Shown here one piece after another: positions 1 through 8,622 of a DNA stretch of 23,580 nt (its first letter is position 1; every line of letters starts with the position of its first letter). This DNA comes from Polyangiaceae bacterium (GTDB taxonomy: Bacteria; Myxococcota_A; Polyangia; Polyangiales; Polyangiaceae): contig JBGANF010000122.1 in NCBI GenBank assembly GCA_044222475.1, positions 1-23,580 of the forward strand, read 5' to 3'. The position numbers and the translations under genes were made by a program. A model generated the notes under the pieces. The model worked only from the letters and a program-made list of their open reading frames with translations, was not told the origin of the DNA and did no database searches.

Positions 1-603
1 GGCGCCGGTCGCAAGCCTGGCGGACGGCGGACGGTGGCCCATCGTGCAAGGCCGGCACATCGCGCGCGGCATCCCGTGCACGTCACGCTCCGCGCGCGCG
101 ATGGGCTTCCCTCGTTTCGCGAGCAAGCTCTGTTCGCCGCGATGAAGGGTGCCATCACGGCTGGGTCGAAGGCGCGCACGGATTTTCGAGTCGTGCACTT
201 CTCGGTGCAGACGAATCACGTGCACCTCGTGGTCGAGGCTAGCGACGCGCGCGCTCTGACGCGCGGGATGCAAGGGCTCGAGGTGCGACTCGCGCGCGGG
301 ATGAACCGCACGCTGCAGGTGCGCGGCAAGGTCTGGAAGGAGCGCTATCACGCCCGCGATCTCCGCACCCCGCGCGAGGTGCGCAACGCCCTCGTCTACG
401 TGTTGATGAACGCGAAGAAGCACGGCGTTCGTCTGACCGGGCTCGATCGCTTTTCGTCGGCGCGGTGGTTCGACGGCTTCGCGGAGGTCGAGCCCTCCTC
501 CACGTCACCACCGCCCGTCGCCTCGCCGAAGACGTGGCTCGCGAGCGACGGTTGGCGACGACGAGGATTGATCCGGCTCGACGAACGACCGAAGCCGCTG
601 TGA
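1..603 (+). mobile_element. HUH/Y1 tyrosine transposase, REP-associated (RAYT)/IS200-like; probably 5'-truncated by the window edge
   Basis: HPVHVTLR N-terminal strand, HUH motif in FSVQTNHVHLVVEA, W-x-x-RY (VWKERY), catalytic-Tyr helix YVLMNAKKH. The frame is open from base 1 (GAGRKPGGRRT...), so GTG at 34 is probably not the true start. Confidence 0.85.
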
Positions 604-618
604 GTCAGTTCCGTCGAG

Positions 619-3600
619 CTACGGCTGCGCGAACCCGAGTCGCGACAGCTCGCTGCATGCCGCCGCGACTTGGCTGCGACACGCTTGATCGAGGTACGGC
701 TTCGCGTTCGCCGGATCCTTCGCGCTCCCGATCCCGCGCGCGAGCATGATGCCGTACGAGCCGCAGCCGGCGGCGAACGCACCCTCGCACGCCTCGCGCG
801 CAAGGCCCGCGGCCTTCACCGGGTCGGCCGGCGTGCCGATGGCGTTCGCGTACACGTTGGACAGCGCGTTGCAGCTCATCGCGTGCCCCATGTTGCAGCC
901 CTTCTCGTAGAGACTGCGCGCCTTCGCCGCGTCCCGAGCGACGCCGGTTCCGTCCTCGTAGAGGAAGCCGAGGTCGGTGCAGGCCTCGAAGTCGTTGTGG
1001 TCGCACGCCTTCGTCAGAACGTCCTTCGCCTTCGCGACGTCCTTCGCTCCGCCGGCGCCGCTCCGAAGCACGTCGGCGTAGAGGGAGCAGGTGCCGGTGT
1101 GGCCGGTGCCGTCCGCGCACGCCTTCTCGTACAGGCGGCGCGCTTCGGCGGGGTCCTTCGCGAGGCCACCCGCACCCGCGGCGTAGAGATCGCCGAGCGA
1201 GTCGCACCACAGCCCCTTCGAGTCGCAGAAGCCCTTCAGCTGAGCGAGCGCGTCGCTCTTCGCACCGCCGTCGCCGCGATCGAGCAAGCGAAGCACGGAG
1301 ACGTTCGCGCACGCATCGAGCTCGCCGCCGTCGCAGGCTTCCTTCATCAAGGTGAAGCCCTTCTTGTCGTCGCGAGGAGCGCTCACGCGATCTTGGAGCG
1401 CGAGCGTCGCGCTCTCGCCGCAACCGCCGGGATCGCCGCCGTCGCAGGCGCGCTGGAAGAGCCCTTGAGCGCGCGTGCGATCGCGCGGGCCGCCTTGGCC
1501 GACGAGGATCAGCGCGCCTTCGTTCACGCACGCGGTCAGCAGGCCCATGTCGCACGCTTTGTCGAACTGAGCGACCGCGTCGGCGAGATCGACCTTCGCC
1601 CCGGTGGGCACCGTCGCATCACCCCAGCCCGAGCACCCCGCGCTGAGCGCTCCGCCGCAGTACAGCTTGTAGACGTGCGAGCCGCGCGGCCCGAGGCGAT
1701 CGACGATCGCTTGTCCGGTGGCCAGCGCACCGAGGTCGTCGCAACCGGCCGGCTCGCCCGCGTCGCAGGCCTTCTTGAAGAGCGCAGCGGCGTCGCTCGT
1801 GTTGCCCTTGTCGACGTCGAGCTTGCCGAGGTTCACGCAACCGAGCGCGTCGCCCGCGTCGCACGCGGTCTTGTAGCTCGACTCGGCCTCGGCCTTGGCC
1901 GAGTCCTCGACGGCGACGCCGAGGGCCGCGCACGCTTCGATGTCCTTGTTCGCGCAGCGCGAGCGGAGGAGCGTCGCCGCGGTGGTGACTCCCGAGCCGC
2001 CCTTCGCGCCCGGGTGCCGCTGCGAGTACGCGTTGCCGTACACGCACGCGACCGGATCGCCTCCGGTGCATCCGCGATCGTACAGGTCGTCCGCGCTGGT
2101 GGACCCCTTGGCCCAACCGTACTCGACGGCGACGCCCTTCGCGCCGCACTCGGTCGCGCTCATCGTGCACGCCTTGTCGGCGAGCGTCGCAGCGCCGCTC
2201 GCGTCGCGACCGGGCGCGCCGCGCGGCGGGAACATGCCGGCGACGGCCGCTTTGCGGCATGCCTTCGCGCTTCCGGCGTCACACGAAGCCTTGAGCGCGG
2301 CGACGCCTTCGCCGACCTTCGCGCCGTCGCCCGTGGCGACGAGCAGCTCGCCCTTGATGCGGCATGCGTCGTCGCTCGGGTTCTTCTCGCAGGTCGCGCG
2401 GCACGCGTCGATGCGGTGATCGGCGGCCTGCGTCTCGTCGTTGCAGTCCTTGGCGTTCTTGCTGGCGCTGTACGCGCGGACCGCGAAAAAGCCGACGATC
2501 CCGAGGATGACCACGACGACTCCGCCGAGAACGAGGAGGATTCCGCCGATGCCACCGCCGCTCTTCCGAGCCGTCGGCCCGGTCGTCGCGGTGGGCGGCG
2601 GCGTCGCTCCGCCTTGCTGGGTTCCGTACGGCGACCACGCCGGCGAAGCCATCATCGTCCCGCTGCCTTGCTGCGGAGCGGGCGCCGGCGTCGCCGAGTA
2701 CGGAGCTTGTGGCGGAGGCCCATAGGGGGACGGAGTCGCGGCGTAGGGCGGCTGCGGAGGCGTGCCCGGATACGACGTGGCTGCCATCGCCGCCGCGCCG
2801 TGCGCCGGCGACATCGACGGCGGCATCTGCATCCCGGCGCCCTGCGGAAGCACGGTCGCCGCGGAAGCCACCGCGCCGCCGCCGCGAAGGAGCGCGAGCA
2901 GCCCGTCGCGTGCGGCGTTGACGTTCGCGAGACGGCGCTGCGGGTCGCGCTCGACGAGCTGGGCGAACCACTGATCGAACCCGGGCGGAATCCGGTTGGC
3001 GACACCGAGCTGCGCGGCGCGCTGACTCGCGGGCATGATCGGCTCGATGAGGATCTCGCGGAGGACGCCCATCGTCGAGTCGTCGCGCGCGGCGGCGAGC
3101 CAGTAGTGCTGACCGGTGAGCGCGAAGAACGCCATGAGCCCCAGCGGCCACAGGTCGGTCCACGGACCGATGTTCGTGCCCTTGTTCGACTGCTCGGGAG
3201 CCATCCAAAGCGGCGTCCCCATCGCTTCGGTGCTGGAGACCTTCACCTCGGCCATGACGCGGGCGATGCCGAAGTCGAGCACCTTGACGAAGAACGGCAT
3301 GCCCGCCCGGCGCGACTCGGCGAGGAAGATGTTCTCGGGCTTGAGGTCGCGGTGGACGACGTTCACCGCGTGAGCCGCGTTGATCGCATGGCACAGCTGT
3401 GTGAACAGCTCGGCGCAATCCGACGGTGCCATCGGTCCGCGCGTCTGAACCAGATCGAACAGAGTCTGGCCCTTGAGGAGCTCCATCGCGAGCCACGGGA
3501 GTTGCGTGCCGTGATCGATCCCGGCGGCCACGACCGACACGACGTGGTCGCTCGCGATGTTCGCGGTGACGCGCGCCTCTTGCTCGAAGCGCTGACGAAG

Positions 3601-3756
3601 ACGCGGATCGTGGAGGAGCTCACGGCGGACGATCTTCAGCGCGCGCTGCGCCCCGGTGGAGAGCTGATCAGCGATGAACACCGACCCCATCCCACCCTCG
3701 CTGAGCGGTCGCACGATGCGAAAATCGTTCGCGATGACGGTCCCCGGCTGCAGCAT
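619..3756 (-). CDS. Hanks-type Ser/Thr protein kinase with Pro-rich linker, one TM helix and extracytoplasmic Cys-containing Sel1-like repeats
   Basis: Motifs GGMGSV, ALK, HRDLKPEN, DFG, GTPLWMAPE. TM segment GGILLVLGGVVVVILGIVGFFAV. Many A-x-x-x-Y/F-x-KAC-x-x-G-x-x-x-x-C-x-x-LG repeats. Start moved to ATG 3756 (MLQPG), which has GGAGAGG just upstream. Confidence 0.93.
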   Translation of the reverse strand: MLQPGTVIANDFRIVRPLSEGGMGSVFIADQLSTGAQRALKIVRRELLHDPRLRQRFEQEARVTANIASDHVVSVVAAGIDHGTQLPWLAMELLKGQTLFDLVQTRGPMAPSDCAELFTQLCHAINAAHAVNVVHRDLKPENIFLAESRRAGMPFFVKVLDFGIARVMAEVKVSSTEAMGTPLWMAPEQSNKGTNIGPWTDLWPLGLMAFFALTGQHYWLAAARDDSTMGVLREILIEPIMPASQRAAQLGVANRIPPGFDQWFAQLVERDPQRRLANVNAARDGLLALLRGGGAVASAATVLPQGAGMQMPPSMSPAHGAAAMAATSYPGTPPQPPYAATPSPYGPPPQAPYSATPAPAPQQGSGTMMASPAWSPYGTQQGGATPPPTATTGPTARKSGGGIGGILLVLGGVVVVILGIVGFFAVRAYSASKNAKDCNDETQAADHRIDACRATCEKNPSDDACRIKGELLVATGDGAKVGEGVAALKASCDAGSAKACRKAAVAGMFPPRGAPGRDASGAATLADKACTMSATECGAKGVAVEYGWAKGSTSADDLYDRGCTGGDPVACVYGNAYSQRHPGAKGGSGVTTAATLLRSRCANKDIEACAALGVAVEDSAKAEAESSYKTACDAGDALGCVNLGKLDVDKGNTSDAAALFKKACDAGEPAGCDDLGALATGQAIVDRLGPRGSHVYKLYCGGALSAGCSGWGDATVPTGAKVDLADAVAQFDKACDMGLLTACVNEGALILVGQGGPRDRTRAQGLFQRACDGGDPGGCGESATLALQDRVSAPRDDKKGFTLMKEACDGGELDACANVSVLRLLDRGDGGAKSDALAQLKGFCDSKGLWCDSLGDLYAAGAGGLAKDPAEARRLYEKACADGTGHTGTCSLYADVLRSGAGGAKDVAKAKDVLTKACDHNDFEACTDLGFLYEDGTGVARDAAKARSLYEKGCNMGHAMSCNALSNVYANAIGTPADPVKAAGLAREACEGAFAAGCGSYGIMLARGIGSAKDPANAKPYLDQACRSQVAAACSELSRLGFAQP

Positions 3757-3817
3757 GTTCCCTCTCCGAATAACACATTTGACGCGCAGCCCGTGGGCAT
3801 GTTTGCCTGTGATTGAC

Positions 3818-4729
3818 ATGCCTAGCACGCCTCGGAAGCACATTTTTCAGACCGCGATCCCGCTCCTCGCCGCATCCGCTTGCGTGCTCGTCCTCGGGTG
3901 CGCGGCCCAGGCTCATCGCGGCCCCAAGGCAGCGAAGGGAGACGTGATCGGCAACGAGTCTCTGACGGCAAAGAACATCCCGGGACTCACCGCGAACACC
4001 AGTGACGACGACGACACTCCGCCCCCGTCCGGCACCGGCACGGCGAAGACGCCTCCGCCGGCCGGCACCGGCAAGCCCGCCGACGCCGAGGATCCGCGCG
4101 CCAAGTACGCGCAGTACGTCGCCGCGATCACGACGACGCTCCCCGGCTGGAAGACCGGCGCCGCCGCCGCGGTGATGCTCTACAACAAGGACCGCAACCA
4201 ATCGTTGCCGTTCCTTCTCGACAACCGCGAGCAAGCGGCGATCCCGCGTGGCGATCACTACTCGTTCTACATGACGAGTGACGACGGCGGCTGGTTCGTC
4301 ATGACCGTCGGGCAGTTCCGCGCGGGCCACTTCGAGTGCCGCCGCGACAACATCAACATCGCGATGGGCTTCAAGGACGACTTCGCCGGTGACGACCCCG
4401 AGGTCATGTGGGGCGACAACGACGGCGACCCCGGCAGCGAGAACGGCTGGTGCAAGGTCGACATCTTCCCCGGCAAAACCTCGACCGACTGGACCGCGAG
4501 TGCCAGCGGCATCCTCGTCGCGAACAACAAGCAGAAGCTGATGCGCATCTCGAACGCGTTCGTTCAGTTCCGCAACATGCCGGTCGGGCCGCCCGCCGCC
4601 CCGACTTCGACCGCCACTGCGCCGCCGCCGGCCGGCACCGGCAAGCAGACTCACTCCGGGCCCGCGCCGGTGCGTCCTGCCTCCACTGGAACCTCCACCT
4701 CGGGCCGCGTCGTCCTCCCCCGCCGATGA
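3818..4729 (+). CDS. Uncharacterised lipoprotein with Pro/Thr-rich linkers flanking a globular domain
   Basis: ATG 3818 gives a signal peptide ending VLVLG-C. Host-like codon usage. Its stop overlaps the next start (ATGA at 4726-4729). Confidence 0.75.
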   Translation: MPSTPRKHIFQTAIPLLAASACVLVLGCAAQAHRGPKAAKGDVIGNESLTAKNIPGLTANTSDDDDTPPPSGTGTAKTPPPAGTGKPADAEDPRAKYAQYVAAITTTLPGWKTGAAAAVMLYNKDRNQSLPFLLDNREQAAIPRGDHYSFYMTSDDGGWFVMTVGQFRAGHFECRRDNINIAMGFKDDFAGDDPEVMWGDNDGDPGSENGWCKVDIFPGKTSTDWTASASGILVANNKQKLMRISNAFVQFRNMPVGPPAAPTSTATAPPPAGTGKQTHSGPAPVRPASTGTSTSGRVVLPRR

Positions 4730-5304
4730 AGCCAATGAAGAAGACCGTCCTCTACGTTCTCGCCGCTGGTCTCGCATTCCAATCGTTCGGCTGCGGAGCC
4801 GCCGCCGAAGAAGAAGGCGGCGACGAGGTCGCCGACTACGCCTCGAACGTCAAGGCCAAGGCCAAGAACTGGCCCGCCGGCTCGGCCGCCACGTTCACGA
4901 TGACGAACGACGCGAGCCACAAATCGCTGACGTTCATCACCGCCTTCCACGAGGCGCCGCACTGGAACGACGCGATCAAGAAGTGGGTCGTCCCGATGCG
5001 CGCGATCGACAACGGCGCTCCCACCGCGACGTTCATCTTCCAGCTCCAAGATCTCAAGCCCGGTCGCTACACCGGCTCCGACACGAAGGACGGCTGCGTG
5101 CTCGGTCTCGGCGTTGGCCCAAATTGGGACAGCGGCGCCGACGCCGTCGGCTGGAGCGACAACGCGACCGGCTACTGCGAGGTGGAGCTGAAGGCCGCTG
5201 CCCGCCCCGGTCACCTCGAGGGCGAGTTCAAGGCGAAGCTGGCCCCGAACGGCACCGACGGTGCCTACCGCGTCGAGTCCGGGTACATCTACATCGCGCG
5301 ATGA
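4726..5304 (+). CDS. Uncharacterised lipoprotein, paralogue of the domain in 3818..4729
   Basis: MKPMKKTVLYVLAAGLAFQSFG-C lipobox-like signal. ATGA overlaps at both ends. Alignable by eye with the upstream gene. Confidence 0.78.
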   Translation: MKPMKKTVLYVLAAGLAFQSFGCGAAAEEEGGDEVADYASNVKAKAKNWPAGSAATFTMTNDASHKSLTFITAFHEAPHWNDAIKKWVVPMRAIDNGAPTATFIFQLQDLKPGRYTGSDTKDGCVLGLGVGPNWDSGADAVGWSDNATGYCEVELKAAARPGHLEGEFKAKLAPNGTDGAYRVESGYIYIAR

Positions 5305-6185
5305 CGCGAACCCTGACCTTCGTCCTCGCGGGCGCGCTTGCGCTCGTCGCCTGCGGCCACAAAAACCCCGAGCCGGTGACGCCTCAGCCGCCACCGCAGG
5401 ATCTGCTGTTGCCGGTGCTCGGTCACGACAACCAACAGGAAGAGACTCGCGTCGTCCTCAAGGAGCTCGTTCAGAACCTCCCTCCGGACCAGAAGTCGCG
5501 GGTCGAGAAGATCCCCATCGTGTTCGAGAAGACGAGCGAGGTGAACGCCTTCGCCGGGTGCGACGACAAGGGTCCGTTCATCGCCGGCACCACCGGGCTG
5601 CTCGACATCGCGAACGGCATCGCGCAGACGCTCGCCACCGACGAGATGAAGGGTACGAAGACCTACGACGCGTACCTCAAGGTCGCGATCGACAAGGTGC
5701 TCGAAGAGAAGCCGAACCTCTACTACGACCTCGGCAACCTCACGCCCGACGTCGGCCTCGACAAGGCGCGCCTCTCGCGCGCCCACGAGATCTTCGACGA
5801 CATCGTCGCGTTCACCTTCGGCCACGAGCTCGCGCACCACTACCTCGGCCACACGCCCTGCGCGACGAAGACGCCGCTCGAGCGCGATCTCGCGAACCTC
5901 GGCAACATCTTCGTGAACATGGCGCCGATTTTGAACCAGCCGGCCGAGATCGCAGCCGACCAGAACGGGATCTTCAACGTCCTCTTCACCGGACGCAATC
6001 GCGCGCGGCACCCATTCACCGAGAAGGGCGCTCGGCTGCTGCTCAACTTCTTCTCCGCGCTCGAAGACGCTGCCGGCGCGGGGAACCGATCGTTCCTCAA
6101 GAACTTCCGCTCGACGCACCCGCCGTCACCGCTCCGCTTGCGCGTCCTCGACGAAGCGATCGCGCGCTGGCATCAGAGCCAGTGA
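5301..6185 (+). CDS. M48-family zinc metallopeptidase lipoprotein
   Basis: Lipobox ALVA-C, VNAFA, HELAH (HExxH), EIAAD third-ligand motif, C-terminal STHP. ATG 5301 overlaps the upstream TGA. Confidence 0.88.
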   Translation: MTRTLTFVLAGALALVACGHKNPEPVTPQPPPQDLLLPVLGHDNQQEETRVVLKELVQNLPPDQKSRVEKIPIVFEKTSEVNAFAGCDDKGPFIAGTTGLLDIANGIAQTLATDEMKGTKTYDAYLKVAIDKVLEEKPNLYYDLGNLTPDVGLDKARLSRAHEIFDDIVAFTFGHELAHHYLGHTPCATKTPLERDLANLGNIFVNMAPILNQPAEIAADQNGIFNVLFTGRNRARHPFTEKGARLLLNFFSALEDAAGAGNRSFLKNFRSTHPPSPLRLRVLDEAIARWHQSQ

Positions 6186-6192
6186 CGCCAGC

Positions 6193-6714
6193 ATGAGGGT
6201 CTTCGGCTACGGGTCGCTGATCTGGCGGCCGACGTTCCCCTTTCGCGAGCGCACGCCCGCCGTCCTTCACGGCTGGGCGCGACGGTTCTGGCAGGGGTCG
6301 ACCGATCATCGCGGAGTGCCCGGTGCCCCGGGCCGCGTCGTCACGCTGGTGCGCGAGGAGGGCGCGCGCACGTGGGGAGTCGTCTACGAGCTCGAGGCGG
6401 ACAAGGTCGCCGACGTGCTCGAGCACCTCGACGAGCGCGAGCAGGGTGGCTACGGAAGGCACGTCGTAGAGCTCGAGACCGCGAGCGGCGCGATCGAGTC
6501 GCTCGTCTACGTCGCGCGAGAGACCAACCCCGAGTACCTCGGACCGGCGCCGCTCGAGGAGATCGCGAAGACGATCGCCACTGCGCGTGGTCCGAGCGGA
6601 CCGAACTTGGAGTACGTCGTGCGGCTCGCCGAGGCGATTCGCGATGCGGGCGAACGCGACGCCCACGTGTTCGAGGTCGAGGCGGAAGCGCGACGTCGGC
6701 ATTTGACGCCGTGA
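6193..6714 (+). CDS. chaC: ChaC-family gamma-glutamylcyclotransferase
   Basis: VFGYGSLIW, RRFWQGSTDHRG-x-P-x-x-PGRVVTL, L-x-x-RE, GPSGPNLEY motifs. Confidence 0.92.
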   Translation: MRVFGYGSLIWRPTFPFRERTPAVLHGWARRFWQGSTDHRGVPGAPGRVVTLVREEGARTWGVVYELEADKVADVLEHLDEREQGGYGRHVVELETASGAIESLVYVARETNPEYLGPAPLEEIAKTIATARGPSGPNLEYVVRLAEAIRDAGERDAHVFEVEAEARRRHLTP

Positions 6715-6736
6715 CGAAACCGCCCATAATCGTGCG

Positions 6737-7189
6737 ATGCGAGCTTCTCTTTGGGTCGCTGCGGTCGCTTGTGCCGCCGCCGTCGCGTTCGTCGCGTGCG
6801 GCGACACGCAGCCCTTCAAGACGCCGGCGAGCGACAAGAACTTCGACGACCCCGACGATCCCGGAAGCAGCGGCGGCGGTGATCCGTTCGGCAAGAAGGA
6901 CGCCTCGGGCGACGCGGCGGGACGCTTCTGCGTGGCCGATCGCGACTGTCCAGCTGCGTTCCGCTGCACGTACCCCGTGGCCTCCGGGTGCTCTGCCTCG
7001 GGCACGTGTCAGGGCTTCGATTCGACGAAGTGCGTCCAGACGACCGCGTGCGGCTGCAACAACGTGACGCTCGAGTACTGCCTCGCGCCCGGGTCGGCGC
7101 CCGCGGCGGTGGCCGCGCTGGGCGCATGCGACGGCGGAGTGATCCCCGTCGACGCCGGTGACGACGCGAGCGACGCTAGCGGAGATTGA
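6737..7189 (+). CDS. Small Cys-rich lipoprotein
   Basis: Lipobox AFVA-C, Cys-rich domain (CVADRDC...TTACGCNNVT), acidic DAG/DAS low-complexity tail. Confidence 0.78.
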   Translation: MRASLWVAAVACAAAVAFVACGDTQPFKTPASDKNFDDPDDPGSSGGGDPFGKKDASGDAAGRFCVADRDCPAAFRCTYPVASGCSASGTCQGFDSTKCVQTTACGCNNVTLEYCLAPGSAPAAVAALGACDGGVIPVDAGDDASDASGD

Positions 7190-7213
7190 TGGCACCCCAT
7201 CCTGGGACCATCA
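7187..7213. terminator. Imperfect hairpin between convergent genes (possible bidirectional terminator)
   Basis: TGATGG(7187-92)/CCATCA(7208-13) outer stem includes both stop codons. Inner stem CCCA-tcc-TGGG. No U-tract. Confidence 0.3.
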
Positions 7214-8194
7214 TTCGGTCACGGGATCGCGCACGCGCCACACCGTCGGCGTGAGCGATCCGATCACGATCCAGATCACCTGGAGCACGTGCGCGACGAG
7301 CGCGATCGCGAGCGCGCGCGGCATCGTGGTCGATAGAGCGTCGGCGGCGAGCGCGAACGCGCCGTCGGTCGCGCCGAGCTGACCCGGGACGAGAACGCCG
7401 ACCGCGAGCGCGACCATGTTCACGCCCTGCGCCAAGAGCGCTCTCCCCAGCGTCACGTCGACGCCAACCGCGTGCGCCAGGATGGCGTACTGCATGACCT
7501 GGAAGGCGCGACCGACGCTGATGGAAGCGAGAGGTCGAATCGGCACGAGGCTCGTTCCGACGCTCGTGCGATGGAAATCCTCCGCCGCGCTCGAGACCCG
7601 ACGGAATCGGCGCCCGAGGAAATCCGTGATCCCGCGCGAGCGCGCGGCAAACCGCACGACGAACGCGGAGCCCACGACGCCGATCGCCTGCGCTCCGATG
7701 AGCAGCGTGATCTTGTCGCCCGGCCCGAGGATCCACGCCGCCGCGATGATGCAAGGTACCGAGATCACCGCGCCACCGAAGAGCGAGAGCGCTTGCATCA
7801 GCGCCGCCGCCGCCGTCGCCTCGGGCCACGACGTGAAGCGGTGCAGCATCGCCGCCTTCGTCGCCTCCGCGGCCGTTCGCCCTGCGGGCGCGAGGTACGT
7901 GACGGCGTTCGCGACGAGCTGCGCACGCATGAGCCGCATGCGAGGGATCGCCGCGCCGCGCGGCCCGTAGACGAGCAGCGTCGCGTGAGCGTCGGCGAGG
8001 ATGCGCAGAAAATCGAGCACGAGCAGCGCGGGGAGCCACGGCAGCGTCGGCGTGAGAGCCTCGAGGAGAGCCTCCTTTCCGGCGCTTCGCACGAGGAGCA
8101 CGAGGACGACGACGCCAGCGACGCCGAACCCCGCGCGGACGAGGCTCTGCCACAACGGGCGCTTCGTCTTGGGGGCCTTCTCGTCGCTCGTCAC
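7211..8194 (-). CDS. Polytopic membrane protein, lysylphosphatidylglycerol synthase TM / flippase-like (UPF0104-type)
   Basis: Multiple TM helices, N-x-V-T-Y-L-A-P-A-G-R-x-x-x-E loop and VPGQLGATDG motif typical of the family. GTG 8194 overlaps the upstream TGA (GTGA). The upstream part of the 639-aa ORF call is spurious. Confidence 0.8.
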   Translation of the reverse strand: MTSDEKAPKTKRPLWQSLVRAGFGVAGVVVLVLLVRSAGKEALLEALTPTLPWLPALLVLDFLRILADAHATLLVYGPRGAAIPRMRLMRAQLVANAVTYLAPAGRTAAEATKAAMLHRFTSWPEATAAAALMQALSLFGGAVISVPCIIAAAWILGPGDKITLLIGAQAIGVVGSAFVVRFAARSRGITDFLGRRFRRVSSAAEDFHRTSVGTSLVPIRPLASISVGRAFQVMQYAILAHAVGVDVTLGRALLAQGVNMVALAVGVLVPGQLGATDGAFALAADALSTTMPRALAIALVAHVLQVIWIVIGSLTPTVWRVRDPVTE

Positions 8195-8613
8195 TTGGTC
8201 TTGTCGAGGACGGACACGAGCTCGCCGGTCACGCGCTTCTTCCACTCCTCGACGTCGCCGAGGTGACGCCCGTCGGGGAGCGCGCGCGCGTAGCGGTCGA
8301 GGAGCGCGAGCCCGTCCCGGGGTGATGCCTTCGCCGCGCGCATTGCGGCCGATGCGAGCGCGCTGAAATACGCGTCGTCGACGTCTTCGAGAGTGAGCTC
8401 GCGCGCGTCCCGGTCGAGCTCGATCGCGCGCTCGAAGTCGTTCACCGACTCGGCGTGACGCTCGAGAAGATCGAGCGCGGTCGCGCGATCGACCCACGTC
8501 TCCGGCGAGGCGGTGCCGCCATCGATCTCTTCGGTGGTGACGCGAACGGCGTCCTCGTAGTCGCCGTCCTCGATGTGCTTCTTCGCGAACGACATTCCAT
8601 AGCGACCGGCCAT
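8191..8613 (-). CDS. Small TPR-like helical protein
   Basis: GDYEDAV...WVDRATALDLLERHAESVNDFERAIELD resembles TPR consensus. Confidence 0.75.
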   Translation of the reverse strand: MAGRYGMSFAKKHIEDGDYEDAVRVTTEEIDGGTASPETWVDRATALDLLERHAESVNDFERAIELDRDARELTLEDVDDAYFSALASAAMRAAKASPRDGLALLDRYARALPDGRHLGDVEEWKKRVTGELVSVLDKTK

Positions 8614-8622
8614 CCCGCGACC

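Noticed and set aside
670..3816. 1048-aa plus-strand ORF antisense to the kinase (likewise 15669..18878 +, 18944..21769 -, 9372..11072 + and many Arg/Ala-rich ORFs)
   Set aside because: Shadow ORFs expected from strong GC3 bias. They have low-information R/A/V/G composition, no motifs, and fully overlap well-supported genes.
3757..3817. Sigma-70 promoter from TTGACG in the kinase/lipoprotein divergent gap
   Set aside because: No acceptable -10 hexamer at 16-18 bp spacing, and the short palindromes there are too weak to call.
7191..7201. 11-bp match GGCACCCCATC to the reverse complement of 21753-21763 as a shared REP
   Set aside because: A single 11-bp match in GC-rich DNA is compatible with chance, and the surrounding hairpins differ.
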